DNA of 64,000 nucleotides from Candidatus Caldarchaeum sp. (GTDB lineage Archaea; Thermoproteota; Nitrososphaeria_A; Caldarchaeales; Caldarchaeaceae). The position numbers and the translations under genes were made by a program. Below, one piece after another: positions 28,877 to 38,204 of the stretch; position 1 is the first letter of the stretch; each line of letters opens with the position of its first letter. The stretch is taken from NCBI GenBank assembly GCA_038885755.1, contig JAVZZH010000003.1:32001-96000 (forward strand), given 5' to 3'. Below the pieces are notes generated by a model. The model saw only the letters and a list, made by a program, of their open reading frames with translations, was not told the origin of the DNA and did not search any database.

Positions 28877-29536
28877 CTACAGCTCGACTTTTACGGGCTT
28901 TCCACGGGTGGCTTTGAGGTAAACGCTTTTGACGCTTCTCTGCCTCTTCTCCAGCTTCTCGACAACCCTGTTGAACACGGCTTCGGCGTTTTCAGCTATC
29001 TTCTCGTCGCTGTCCTCCTCGAGACCTACGAGGCACGCAACCTGCTGGTTTTTTCTCAGCTGAACCTGCACGCTGTTGGCAAATCGTTTCACCAACCTTT
29101 GAAAATCTGACCCGGGAGGGATGGGTATCGGTGTTTTACCGCGTGAGCCAAGAGCAGCTCCCAAAGCTCTCGCAGCAAGCCCCATCAAAGCCGGCTCAAC
29201 CAGCACAAAGTCGTACTGGGAGGCGATCTTCTTAGCCTCCTTCTTCTTCCCAACAAGCGGCTCCAGCTCCTCCCTGCTTAAAACCTTCGACACACCCTCT
29301 GTCCGGCCGGCTTCGAGAGCTAGGTTGCCCGAAGCAACCACGAGTATCTTCCTCTTCTTACGCCCCAAGTCGTTGGGCAGCTCAACGACTTCTGTGAAAC
29401 GGTTCTGAGGCTTCGACAGGTCTACCCCCGTGATGTTAACGATCATCTCGATCGATTGCTTGAACTTGGAAGGCATCATCCTCTCCCTAACCTGCTTGAC
29501 GGCGTTGACAAACTTCGAACTGACGGCACGCATCAA
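28877..29536 (-). CDS. rpl1: 50S ribosomal protein L1
   Basis: KFKQSIEMIVN, LGSRGKTP, VYLKATRGKP. Confidence 0.95.
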   Translation of the reverse strand: MMRAVSSKFVNAVKQVRERMMPSKFKQSIEMIVNITGVDLSKPQNRFTEVVELPNDLGRKKRKILVVASGNLALEAGRTEGVSKVLSREELEPLVGKKKEAKKIASQYDFVLVEPALMGLAARALGAALGSRGKTPIPIPPGSDFQRLVKRFANSVQVQLRKNQQVACLVGLEEDSDEKIAENAEAVFNRVVEKLEKRQRSVKSVYLKATRGKPVKVEL

Positions 29537-30021
29537 TTCTTATCACCTAGGTAGCTGTCATACTTGCCGTTCTCAACCTGCTTGACAACCTCCTTAGCGG
29601 GCATTCCATCAACCTTGACCCCCATGCTCACGCAGGTGCCGAGGATCTCCTTGACAGCAGCCTTCAACGTCTTAGACCTCATGTCTGGCAGTTTCTTGCT
29701 AGCGATACTGACGATGTCGGAGAACTTGACGTCGGCCACGAAATCCTTGCCCGCGGTGCCGGAGCCCTTAGATATGCCGGCCGTGCTCGCTATGAGCGCA
29801 GCCGTGCTCGGCGTGCCGACCCTGACCGTGAACCTCTTCGTGTCGGTGTCGACGACTATCTCGACAGGAACACGCATCCCCATGTATTCGCCCGTCTGCT
29901 TGTTGACCTCTTCAGCCACTGCCAGAACATTCAACCCCAGCGGTCCCAGCGCAGGCCCTAGAGGAGGGCCGGCAGTGACCTTACCGCCTTCCACGAGAAA
30001 CCTGAAGGTTTTTTCACCCAT
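29533..30021 (-). CDS. rpl11: 50S ribosomal protein L11
   Basis: GGKVTAGPPLGPALG, GTCVSMG. Confidence 0.97.
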   Translation of the reverse strand: MGEKTFRFLVEGGKVTAGPPLGPALGPLGLNVLAVAEEVNKQTGEYMGMRVPVEIVVDTDTKRFTVRVGTPSTAALIASTAGISKGSGTAGKDFVADVKFSDIVSIASKKLPDMRSKTLKAAVKEILGTCVSMGVKVDGMPAKEVVKQVENGKYDSYLGDKN

Positions 30022-30057
30022 CCTATCCAACTGCTGCCAACGGCTTACTCATAAATG

Positions 30058-30957
30058 CTACGTCTTCGACACAGGCCTTACGGCGTCTATGGAGATTGAT
30101 ATGGGTAGCTGGAAAGCAGCCTCACGCAGTTCCAGCGTGACCTCCCTCTTCGCCTTCTCCACCCTGATGACCTTGCCTGTGATGCCCTTGAGAGGCCCTG
30201 AGACTATTTCCACTACTTGGCCCGTCTCTATCAAGTCTATCAAGGGTTTTTCGACTAGGTGGGGGGCTATCGTCTCGAGGCTGACAGTCATCGGCGGCCT
30301 TGCTTTGACGTTCCGTATGTTCTGAAGGACGTCGGCCACCACCTCACGCCGTGTCGTCTCCACGAAGACGTATCCCTTCAGAGCTGGAAGAATGAGGACG
30401 GATGCGACGGGAACCTTCTCGAACAGCTTGAACAACGGTACGAACTCTTCCCTTCTACGCCCGCCTCCAGAGTAAACCCAAGCCTCCATCTCCTCGTTTC
30501 CGTCATAGGAGTAGAACCAGTTGTAGCCCCCCTCCTCCTTCTGCGTCTTCAGCAACACCAGAGCATACCTGCCCCCCCGTTTAAGCTCCACCGGCGTCGG
30601 AAAGTTGAGGTCAGCCCAGCCCTCCACCCTGAGAAGCAGAGGGTCATAACGCGCCTCTCCCAGCCACTGCTCCGACAGCTCCCCCTCCTCTCCAACCGAA
30701 TGAATCCTAGCACGGAGAGGCTCCGACGGCTCGCCCGACTTGCTGATGTAAACCGAGACTCTCTCGACGGCGGTGGTCTTGGGCGATGTGAAGAAAACCG
30801 CCAGATGCTCCTCGTCAGACACTCGTGCAGCGCCCTTAGCCTCCTTGACGAAGTCTAGGAAGACTCCGTGGAACCTAGACTCGAGAATGCCGGCTACCGA
30901 CCTCTCCTGCCCGACCGTGGTCTTTACCGCGAAATACTTCATCTCGGCCTTAACCAA
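30058..30957 (-). CDS. spt5: Transcription elongation factor Spt5 (NusG) with a ~150-aa inserted domain
   Basis: FAVKTTVGQE, LKGYVFVE (NGN), VEIVSGPLKG (KOW); lies between secE and rpl11. Confidence 0.93.
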   Translation of the reverse strand: MVKAEMKYFAVKTTVGQERSVAGILESRFHGVFLDFVKEAKGAARVSDEEHLAVFFTSPKTTAVERVSVYISKSGEPSEPLRARIHSVGEEGELSEQWLGEARYDPLLLRVEGWADLNFPTPVELKRGGRYALVLLKTQKEEGGYNWFYSYDGNEEMEAWVYSGGGRRREEFVPLFKLFEKVPVASVLILPALKGYVFVETTRREVVADVLQNIRNVKARPPMTVSLETIAPHLVEKPLIDLIETGQVVEIVSGPLKGITGKVIRVEKAKREVTLELREAAFQLPISISIDAVRPVSKT

Positions 30958-30999
30958 CCCGGGATAACTTTTTCTCAGTCCATTATAAAGTATAGGGGT

Positions 31000-31170
31000 T
31001 CAGCCTACTTGGAAAGCAATGGCTATGAAACGGATTAGGAAGGCTATCAAGCCGATTATGCTGAGGCCGAGGAGCGTCATGCGCAGAGTTATGGAGTATT
31101 CTTTCCAGGTTGGTTTTTTCGCCATCTTGAAAAGCGTGACGACCGACTTTATGAAGCTCACCAGCCCCAT
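31000..31170 (-). CDS. secE: Protein translocase SecE/Sec61-gamma (not in ORF track)
   Basis: Manual translation MGLVSFIKSVVTLFKMAKKPTWKEYSITLRMTLLGLSIIGLIAFLIRFIAIAFQVG; KKPTWKEY motif plus TM. Confidence 0.93.
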   Translation of the reverse strand: MGLVSFIKSVVTLFKMAKKPTWKEYSITLRMTLLGLSIIGLIAFLIRFIAIAFQVG

Positions 31171-31204
31171 CCAGCTAAGGCTTTAAACCAGCTGGCTTTA
31201 TAGT

Positions 31205-32140
31205 TTATCCTCTACCGCCTCCAAGCAAGAAGTAGAGCAGAGAAGCCTCCGTGTGCATCCTGTTCTCAGCCTGGTCGTATATTACTGATTGAGGGCCGTA
31301 GGCTACTTCAGGGGTGACCTCCTCGTTCAAACGCATCGGCATGCAGTGCATGAACTTGGCGGACGGCTTGGCTAGCGCCATCAACTCCCTGTTCACTTGG
31401 TAGTTAGGCATGAAGGCCTCAAGCTTCCTCGCCCGCTCCTCGTCTTGGCCCATCGAGACGAAGACGTCGGTGTATACAAAGTCGGCATCGGCCACTGCTT
31501 CACGCGGGTCGTCGGTCAGAACAACCTCGCCCCCAGACCTTCCAGCCGCGCGGACCGCCTTCTCAACCTCCTCCGGGGCCGGCCTGTACTGAGGTGGAGT
31601 GGCGACCCATATCCTCATCCCCAACAGGGCTGACGCCTGCATCAGAGAAACGCAGACGTTGTTGCCGTCTCCGACGAAGGCTATCTTCGACTTGAAAGGC
31701 GTCTTGGAGAACTCTAAGACAGTCATAACGTCTGCAAGAGCTTGGCAGGGATGATGCCTGTCGCTCAGCGCATTTATCACGGGTATTCTACCGTTGCCGC
31801 TCAACTTCACCAAGTCTTGATGGCTGAACACACGAGCCACTAAGGCGTCTACGTACCTGCCCATCACCTTGCCCGTGTCCTCCACGGTCTCGCCTCTGCC
31901 AAGCTGCAGGTCTCCCCAGCCGAGGTAGAAGGAGTCGCCTCCCAACTTCGACACAGCCGACTGGAACGACACTCTTGTCCGTGTGGAAGGCTTCTGGAAG
32001 ATCAAAGCAACCTGCCTGCCCGCCAGTGGTCGTGAGCGTGGATATCCTGATTTCTTCCACCGGAGCGCGAGTTTGACGAGATACTTCATCTCAGAAGACC
32101 TGAGATCCATCACCTCCAAGTAGTGGCGAACCTTGGGCAT
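31205..32140 (-). CDS. argF: Ornithine carbamoyltransferase
   Basis: STRTRVSF, HPCQALAD, SMG, MHCMP, AENR. Confidence 0.95.
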   Translation of the reverse strand: MPKVRHYLEVMDLRSSEMKYLVKLALRWKKSGYPRSRPLAGRQVALIFQKPSTRTRVSFQSAVSKLGGDSFYLGWGDLQLGRGETVEDTGKVMGRYVDALVARVFSHQDLVKLSGNGRIPVINALSDRHHPCQALADVMTVLEFSKTPFKSKIAFVGDGNNVCVSLMQASALLGMRIWVATPPQYRPAPEEVEKAVRAAGRSGGEVVLTDDPREAVADADFVYTDVFVSMGQDEERARKLEAFMPNYQVNRELMALAKPSAKFMHCMPMRLNEEVTPEVAYGPQSVIYDQAENRMHTEASLLYFLLGGGRG

Positions 32141-32218
32141 GGAAAATCGTTGAAGCGGGCCTGTATTATGTTTATTCCTCCGATAAGCCAATATTCAGGC
32201 TGGGCTTGGGTTTAAGAG

Positions 32219-33826
32219 ATGGCTGAGCACGAAGCAGAGCATTTACTTTTCAAATCGCTGGCTTCTCCGGTGAGGCTCAGCATTCTCCAACTGTTGGACA
32301 AGCAGCCGCTTGGCTACACCGAGTTGATGAAGAACGTCGGCTTGGGTGGGAAAGCGGCTTCTGGCAGGTTCGCCCATCACCTAAGGGTCCTAACCTCCAG
32401 CGGGTTGATAAGGTCTAATGAGAAGACGAAGCTGTACGAGCTCACTCCGAAGGGATGCAGGGTTGTCAAGTCGTTGGAGACGCTGCGTTCATCAATCTCC
32501 CGACATGCCGGGCTGGTGGTCAGGAAGTCCGGGCTTTTCATAGAGAGGTTTGACCGGAACAAGATTGCGCAGGTCTTGGTTGATGAGGCAGGCGTTCCCC
32601 CCAAGATTGCGGACAAGCTGGCACGTCTCGCCGAGGAGAAGCTCGAGGGTTTGAGAGTAGAGTACCTCACAGCCCCGCTAATCAGGGAGTTGGTGAACGC
32701 TCTGCTGATAGACCAAGGGTTGGAGCAGTACCGGCACAGGCTAACCCGGCTGGGGATGCCCGTCCACGACGTCGAGAAACTACTCGACCAAGCAGCTGAG
32801 GAAAAGACGTTTCACTCCCTAGTGAGGAATGCATCCAACGCTGTTTACAGGGAGTTCGTACTCCAGACGATGCTGCCGCGTGAAGCAGTCGACGCCTACT
32901 TGTCCGGAGACGTCGACTTTGAAGGCGTAGACACGTGGGCTTTCAGCATCCATTCAAAGATCTACGAAGCATGCATGGATGGGTTTTCGACAGCGTTGGC
33001 TGAGGCTGAGGGCGTCGAGAAGGAGATAGTGCTGAAGACGGTTGAGGAGAGCGACGACCAGCAGGCGGCTCTTTTCTTCAAGACGCCTGTGCTGAAACAC
33101 TTGACGATTGCAGTCTACAGCGAGCAATACGGTGGCTTTGCTAGTAGTTTGTTGGGGCTTGGATGCCCCGTTCTTGTGCCGGCTGAGACGTTCGGTTTGA
33201 AGAGATTGTCAAAGGTTGATCTCGTGTTTTCTCAGAGGCCGGCTTCGAGCGAAGGCCATTCTTTCCCTCCGTCGGGGATGGTTGAGGGGAAGGCTGCGGT
33301 GAACCTAGTCGGCCTTTACCTGAAGACGGGAGGCGATGAGAAGAGTTTCTGGAACGCTGTCGGCTCGGTCGTCGGCATCGTTGCGTCCTCGTTCAAGCGG
33401 AAGAAGGAGATGGTTTCAAGGTTTTGGAACGGTCTTCAGGGGGTATTCGTGCTTTCTTTCGTCGGAGTCGAGCAGATTGCAGCTGTCTACGGCGCGAACC
33501 AGATGGAGGTCGTGAGGAGGCTCTGGCGGAGGTGCAGGGACGTCTCTCAGGAGGGCGTGGTTGTTCTACCGTGCGGCCAAGCGTCGAGGAAATCAGCTGA
33601 GCGGTTCAGGCAACTGGATGTTCTGAGGTTCGGGGGAAGGCAGGTGGCTCAGGCAGCTCCCTCTGACAGCTATTCCTCCGGGCTTGGTCTGGTGAAAGTC
33701 GACGAGGTTTTCGAGCTGGTCAAGTATCTTCCCGGCGGGTTCAGAGTATCCTTGAAAGCTGACGAGGCAGCTGAAGTCCTAGACCTCAAACCTCTGGTGC
33801 TACTGTCTTCTCGACCTAAGCCCTAG
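32219..33826 (+). CDS. ArsR-type wHTH + ATP-cone + degenerate class III ribonucleotide reductase-like domain
   Basis: FKSLASPVRLSIL HTH; VRKSG..FDRNKI..LTAPLIRELVN ATP-cone; TRLGMPVHDV..LPREAVDAYLSGD like archaeal NrdD N-terminus; no glycyl-radical motif. Confidence 0.75.
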   Translation: MAEHEAEHLLFKSLASPVRLSILQLLDKQPLGYTELMKNVGLGGKAASGRFAHHLRVLTSSGLIRSNEKTKLYELTPKGCRVVKSLETLRSSISRHAGLVVRKSGLFIERFDRNKIAQVLVDEAGVPPKIADKLARLAEEKLEGLRVEYLTAPLIRELVNALLIDQGLEQYRHRLTRLGMPVHDVEKLLDQAAEEKTFHSLVRNASNAVYREFVLQTMLPREAVDAYLSGDVDFEGVDTWAFSIHSKIYEACMDGFSTALAEAEGVEKEIVLKTVEESDDQQAALFFKTPVLKHLTIAVYSEQYGGFASSLLGLGCPVLVPAETFGLKRLSKVDLVFSQRPASSEGHSFPPSGMVEGKAAVNLVGLYLKTGGDEKSFWNAVGSVVGIVASSFKRKKEMVSRFWNGLQGVFVLSFVGVEQIAAVYGANQMEVVRRLWRRCRDVSQEGVVVLPCGQASRKSAERFRQLDVLRFGGRQVAQAAPSDSYSSGLGLVKVDEVFELVKYLPGGFRVSLKADEAAEVLDLKPLVLLSSRPKP

Positions 33827-34168
33827 GATGGCTTTGGCGAGGTCTCCCCCAGCCTCGACCAAAGCTTTTCGAGCCTCCTCGTCTGAGACGCCTGTCTGGG
33901 AGGCGACGAGCATAACGTCCTCTTCCGAGGGAGTGTAAGCCTGTTTCTCAACGGCCTCGGCCTCCGCGAGCTCACCGCCGACGACCTGTATCACGGTCTC
34001 ACCCCCCGTCTTCAGAGCGTAGACGGATGGGCCTTTTATCGTCATCGTCTTGTTGGGCAGCTTGACGACAACCTCCTCGGCGACGCCGAGCTCCTCCACG
34101 GCTAGCCCCATGTTCTTCAGCAGCCTCTCCTGAGCCCTCCTCACCTCCCTTGGCGAAAGCCTCTTCAA
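33800..34168 (-). CDS. nac: Nascent polypeptide-associated complex protein
   Basis: NAC domain plus UBA EEDVMLVASQTGVSDEEARKAL..GDLAKAI. Confidence 0.93.
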   Translation of the reverse strand: MKRLSPREVRRAQERLLKNMGLAVEELGVAEEVVVKLPNKTMTIKGPSVYALKTGGETVIQVVGGELAEAEAVEKQAYTPSEEDVMLVASQTGVSDEEARKALVEAGGDLAKAILGLRSRRQ

Positions 34169-34195
34169 CTTAATTCCCTTTCCGTCGATGAAGGT

Positions 34196-34660
34196 TTAAA
34201 CCTTATGCCGGACCTTGACCGCCGTTCCTCGTTTAAAATACTTCATCTCCTCACCCGACAAGACCGCCCTGCCGACGCCCAGCAGTTCTCCAGACTTGTT
34301 GAAGACCAGCGTCTCCTCCCCGGCCGTTATCGACTCGTCTGCTGCTATGATGTTGGCAGGGGAGACGTCGAACCCGTTCCTGAGTCTTTCCTCACCCTTG
34401 TCGTCCACCACGACGCTTTTCCTCCCGTCCTTCAACAGGCTTGCAAGCCGGATCCCTCCCTCAAGGGTTAGGGAAACCCGTCCGTCTGAAGGCCTCACCG
34501 TGGCCAATACTTTTCCCCCGACCCACAGCCTTCTTATCTTACCTGTTGAGGGGGAGACCTCGACCACGCAGTCGTCGGGCAGATAGGCTTTTCCGTCGAC
34601 GTTGAAGAGGAAGGATATGAGCTGTCTGGCGTGTCTGAGTCTTAGTTTATTGGACGACAT
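34196..34660 (-). CDS. PUA-domain protein (resembling archaeosine TGT C-terminal part)
   Basis: SPSTGKIR, LTLEGG, LLGVGRAVLS, GTAVKVRH. Confidence 0.85.
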   Translation of the reverse strand: MSSNKLRLRHARQLISFLFNVDGKAYLPDDCVVEVSPSTGKIRRLWVGGKVLATVRPSDGRVSLTLEGGIRLASLLKDGRKSVVVDDKGEERLRNGFDVSPANIIAADESITAGEETLVFNKSGELLGVGRAVLSGEEMKYFKRGTAVKVRHKV

Positions 34661-35957
34661 GGAACTCCGCTGCTGCGTTCCTTATCTTTTCAGCAAGCTC
34701 CACGGGGGCTTCGACGTCAACCTCGACCGAGTCTACCCGGTACTCGATCTTCAGGACGTTGCACAGGTTGTTGATCTCGTCGATCAGCTTGGCGGTCGAC
34801 CCCTCGTTGGCCAGGGAAGCTCTCAGCCTAACATAGCCGCCCATCAGATTGGCGACTTTCTCACGGAGCGCGTCTAGGTTGATGTTCCTAGCTGCTGAGA
34901 TGGCGACGTATTCATGGTCGGGGCTGAGCTTCTCAATTTTAGAGCCGTAGTCAGTGCAGAGGTCTATTTTGTTGAAGACAAGCAGTATGGGGACATTCTT
35001 GACGCCGACCTCGTCCAGCACGTTGAGGCATGTGTCGAGCTTGAGCCTTATGTCGTCAACGCTCTCGCTCACGTCGACAACGAGCAGGAGGAGGTCTGCG
35101 TATATGAACTCGCTCAGGGTTGAGTGGAAGGACTCGACTAAGAGGTGTGGAAGGTTGCGTATGAACCCGACCGTGTCGGATAGGTAGGCTTTCCTTCCGT
35201 TGAAGCTGACGATTCTGGAGGTTGTCGAGAGCGTGGTGAAGAGCTGAGGCCCTGCGGGAGAGTTCTCGCCTGCGAGCAGGTTGAACAAGGTTGTTTTGCC
35301 GGCGTTGGTGTAGCCGGTCAAAGCCACGGACGGTATGCCTGTCTCGCTCCTTCTCTTCCTCGTAATCGTCTTCCTCATCCTTAAAGCCTTGAGCTTCTCC
35401 TTGATCACCGAGATACGGCGGAAAACCTCGTTGTAGTAAACATCAGCCTCGTAGGCGCCCAAGCCGTGAAACCCGGGCTGCTCACCTCGCTTAGCCAGCC
35501 TCACCTTCTCCTTAGCCCTCGAGAGCTCGTACCGCAGCTCGGCCAGCTTTATCTGGAGCTTCGCCTCGCTTGAAGCCGCTCTTCGGGCGAATGTCTCGAG
35601 AATCAGCTGGGTTCTGGAGACGACCGGAACGGAGAGAGCCTTAGCAAGGTTGTATTCCTGAACGGGCTTAAGGTCGTTCTCGAAGACCACCTTCTCAACC
35701 TCGAGGCGTTCGACGGCTTTCCTCAGCTCCTCAACCTTACCGGGCCCGATCTGGTACTTGGGGTGAGGAGGTCTTCTTTGGACAAGGCTGTAGACAGGCT
35801 CGTATCCAACCGACCTGCACAGCTCTTTAAGCTCGTCGATGTTGTATTCGCCCCACTCATCTAAACGCTGGACAACCGCCACTCTCAACCTTTTGCCTTC
35901 AACAAACCAGCTGACAGCCATCATATTTACGTATCTCTCAGGGCAACGCTCAAACAT
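34647..35957 (-). CDS. hflX: GTPase HflX (true start probably near 35890-35925)
   Basis: GYTNAGKTT, LFTTL, DTVGFI, NKID. Confidence 0.95.
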   Translation of the reverse strand: MFERCPERYVNMMAVSWFVEGKRLRVAVVQRLDEWGEYNIDELKELCRSVGYEPVYSLVQRRPPHPKYQIGPGKVEELRKAVERLEVEKVVFENDLKPVQEYNLAKALSVPVVSRTQLILETFARRAASSEAKLQIKLAELRYELSRAKEKVRLAKRGEQPGFHGLGAYEADVYYNEVFRRISVIKEKLKALRMRKTITRKRRSETGIPSVALTGYTNAGKTTLFNLLAGENSPAGPQLFTTLSTTSRIVSFNGRKAYLSDTVGFIRNLPHLLVESFHSTLSEFIYADLLLLVVDVSESVDDIRLKLDTCLNVLDEVGVKNVPILLVFNKIDLCTDYGSKIEKLSPDHEYVAISAARNINLDALREKVANLMGGYVRLRASLANEGSTAKLIDEINNLCNVLKIEYRVDSVEVDVEAPVELAEKIRNAAAEFHVVQ

Positions 35958-36197
35958 TCCATAGTCGCTGGGGGAAGCGGCGTCGTTCCCGACTGACTGC
36001 GTGGTCGTCGTATCGTGCAGCGAGAAGACCCTTATTCCGAAGCCCGAACCAACCAGTTAGAGCATCCAGTCTTTTCTCAGACCGAGCAGCCTCACAAATT
36101 GCACGTAGCCGTAAACCCATTTACCGAACACGTAGCTGAACGGGTTCATCCTATGGATGACTGTTTAGGGCAAAATAAAGAAAAACTACGAGCGTTT

Positions 36198-36680
36198 CTA
36201 GAGCTTGGCTAGGAAGTCCTCCCAAGTCTGCTCGTCTTCGACCTCATCCTCCAAGAGTTCTTCGAAGACCTCGTGGGTGACCACGTCTGTTAGCCTGTAT
36301 TTCTCCACCATGCTGCTGTAGAATTTGATAGCGCATTCTTCTGCGTGTATGATGTCTTTGATGAGTTTGGCGTAGTCGGTCGGGTCTTCGGGCGGCGGGA
36401 TGTAGCCGCATCCACTGGTTGTCAGGAGTTTGGAGAAGTCTAGGATGGGCTTGCCTCCAAGCTGGATGATTCTTTTGGCGAGCTTCTCGGCGTGCTTGAG
36501 CTCGTGCTGAGACATCTCCAGCAGCACCTGTCTGAAAGTGTCTGCGTCAACCCCCTTCAGCCATACGGCGGCAACCCAGTACTGGTAGTGGGCTAGCCAC
36601 TCATCGGCGTAGGCTTTCAGCAGGTCTGAGATTACCTCGTTGACGTTTGTCCGCACTATTTCACGTCCTGTTTTTCCCAT
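36198..36680 (-). CDS. Ferritin-like DPS-like protein (DPSL/thioferritin type)
   Basis: AYADEWLAHYQY, ELKHAEKL..RIIQLGG, two Cys (SGCGY, EECAI). Confidence 0.88.
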   Translation of the reverse strand: MGKTGREIVRTNVNEVISDLLKAYADEWLAHYQYWVAAVWLKGVDADTFRQVLLEMSQHELKHAEKLAKRIIQLGGKPILDFSKLLTTSGCGYIPPPEDPTDYAKLIKDIIHAEECAIKFYSSMVEKYRLTDVVTHEVFEELLEDEVEDEQTWEDFLAKL

Positions 36681-38124
36681 GCCAAGTCCGTGCAGCCGAC
36701 CCTATTATATCTTCTGCTCGTGGAATTACCTTGCCCGGGTTCATGATGTTGTTAGGGTCCAGCGCCTTCTTTATCTCCGCCAGAGTCCTAACACCCTCGA
36801 CTCCAAGCTCTCCAGCCATGTATTCAGCCAGCTTGACCCCTACTCCGTGGCAGTACTCCATCGACCCGCCCAGCCTGTGCGACAGAATCACCATCTCGTC
36901 GAACGCCGACGACAGCTGCTTCAACCCCTTCTCAGGGTCATCTCCCCGCTCCATGACAAAGGCTATGGAGAAGTTTCCAGGCCTGTTCCAGACCCCTCTG
37001 TCCAGAACCATAAGCCCGTACCTCTTCATTACCGCCGCCGTTTCCCGCTTGTACTGTAAAACCTTCGATGCGGGCAGGCTTACGTGGATGAAGTCGAAAA
37101 ACACGTCCCCCCAGACAGGGTGGTGGCTTGTGTTGCCCACGTGTTCGACGTAGAAGTCTGCTACGTCGTGTCGGTGGCTCCAAAACTCCTCGGCCCTCGA
37201 GTCCTCCAGCCTGACACCGGAGTGTTTCTGGATGACTTCTTCAGCCAGCGCTGCCTTGGCGTCGACGAGCTTATGAGGGCCCTCGAACATGAGGAAAAGC
37301 TCGCTTTCAGGTTCTGATGTTGGTTCTGAAGGATGGTTGAAAACCTCGCCGTACTCGACCATGGAGGGGTTGATGCCTGAAGAGCATACTTCCACGACCG
37401 CTTTAAAACCCTTGTCGAAGGATTCGAACCGGTAGGCCTGTAGACGCCTCTCCTCCGGTGTTGGATGAAGCTTGAGGACGGCTTTGGTGATTATGCCTAG
37501 CGTCCCCTCGCTGCCGACGAAAAGCTGTGTTAGGCTGGGGCCTGTTGACTGGTCTTCGACGGCCCGTGTCCTCAACAACCTTCCGGTGGGGAGCACCACC
37601 TCCAGCCCGAGTACTTGTCTTCGCATCGAGCCGTAGGCCGCTGCGGTGTAGCCCATGCCGTTGGTGGCTATGCATCCTCCAACCGTTGCGTATTTCTTCG
37701 TCCAAGGGTCGTGGCCGACCGTAAGCCCAGCCGATTGAACCGTTCTGTCAAGCTCGTCCAGCGTTATCCCCGCCTCACACTCCACGAGCAAGTCCTCCCT
37801 GCTCACGTGGAGGACTTTCTTCATCTCACGCATGTCTACGACCACGCAGTCGGTTATCGGCATCGCTCCACCCATCAACCCGGTCAAACCACCGGCGGGA
37901 ACCAGCGGCACACCCAGCTTGTTGGCGGCTTCAACAACCTCGACAACTTCCTCCGTGCTTCTCGGCAAAACCACCGCGATCCTGTCGACCACGTATCCTC
38001 CCCTGAACCCACGGAACTCGCGAAGCCCGTCCACCCCATACCGTCTTAAAACATCATCACCAGCCAAAACTCTAGCCGAGACCACGCCAACCAGCCTGTC
38101 GACGGCAGACATCTCCGCATCCAT
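36661..38124 (-). CDS. FAD-linked oxidase (GlcD/D-lactate dehydrogenase/ADHAPS family)
   Basis: GGLTGLMGG, GSEGTLGIIT, HGVG, DPNNIMNPGK. Confidence 0.9.
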   Translation of the reverse strand: MDAEMSAVDRLVGVVSARVLAGDDVLRRYGVDGLREFRGFRGGYVVDRIAVVLPRSTEEVVEVVEAANKLGVPLVPAGGLTGLMGGAMPITDCVVVDMREMKKVLHVSREDLLVECEAGITLDELDRTVQSAGLTVGHDPWTKKYATVGGCIATNGMGYTAAAYGSMRRQVLGLEVVLPTGRLLRTRAVEDQSTGPSLTQLFVGSEGTLGIITKAVLKLHPTPEERRLQAYRFESFDKGFKAVVEVCSSGINPSMVEYGEVFNHPSEPTSEPESELFLMFEGPHKLVDAKAALAEEVIQKHSGVRLEDSRAEEFWSHRHDVADFYVEHVGNTSHHPVWGDVFFDFIHVSLPASKVLQYKRETAAVMKRYGLMVLDRGVWNRPGNFSIAFVMERGDDPEKGLKQLSSAFDEMVILSHRLGGSMEYCHGVGVKLAEYMAGELGVEGVRTLAEIKKALDPNNIMNPGKVIPRAEDIIGSAARTWHGKNRT

Positions 38125-38204
38125 TCGGCCGGGCTGTAGAATATCTACGTTTAGGCATCTGCATGGTGATAGTTTAATAAAGGGGACGTGTCTGCGGTAT
38201 TCCG

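Noticed and set aside
30418-30873. Intein or intron in spt5
   Set aside because: No Hint-domain terminal residues or LAGLIDADG motif; the insert is in frame and looks like a folded domain
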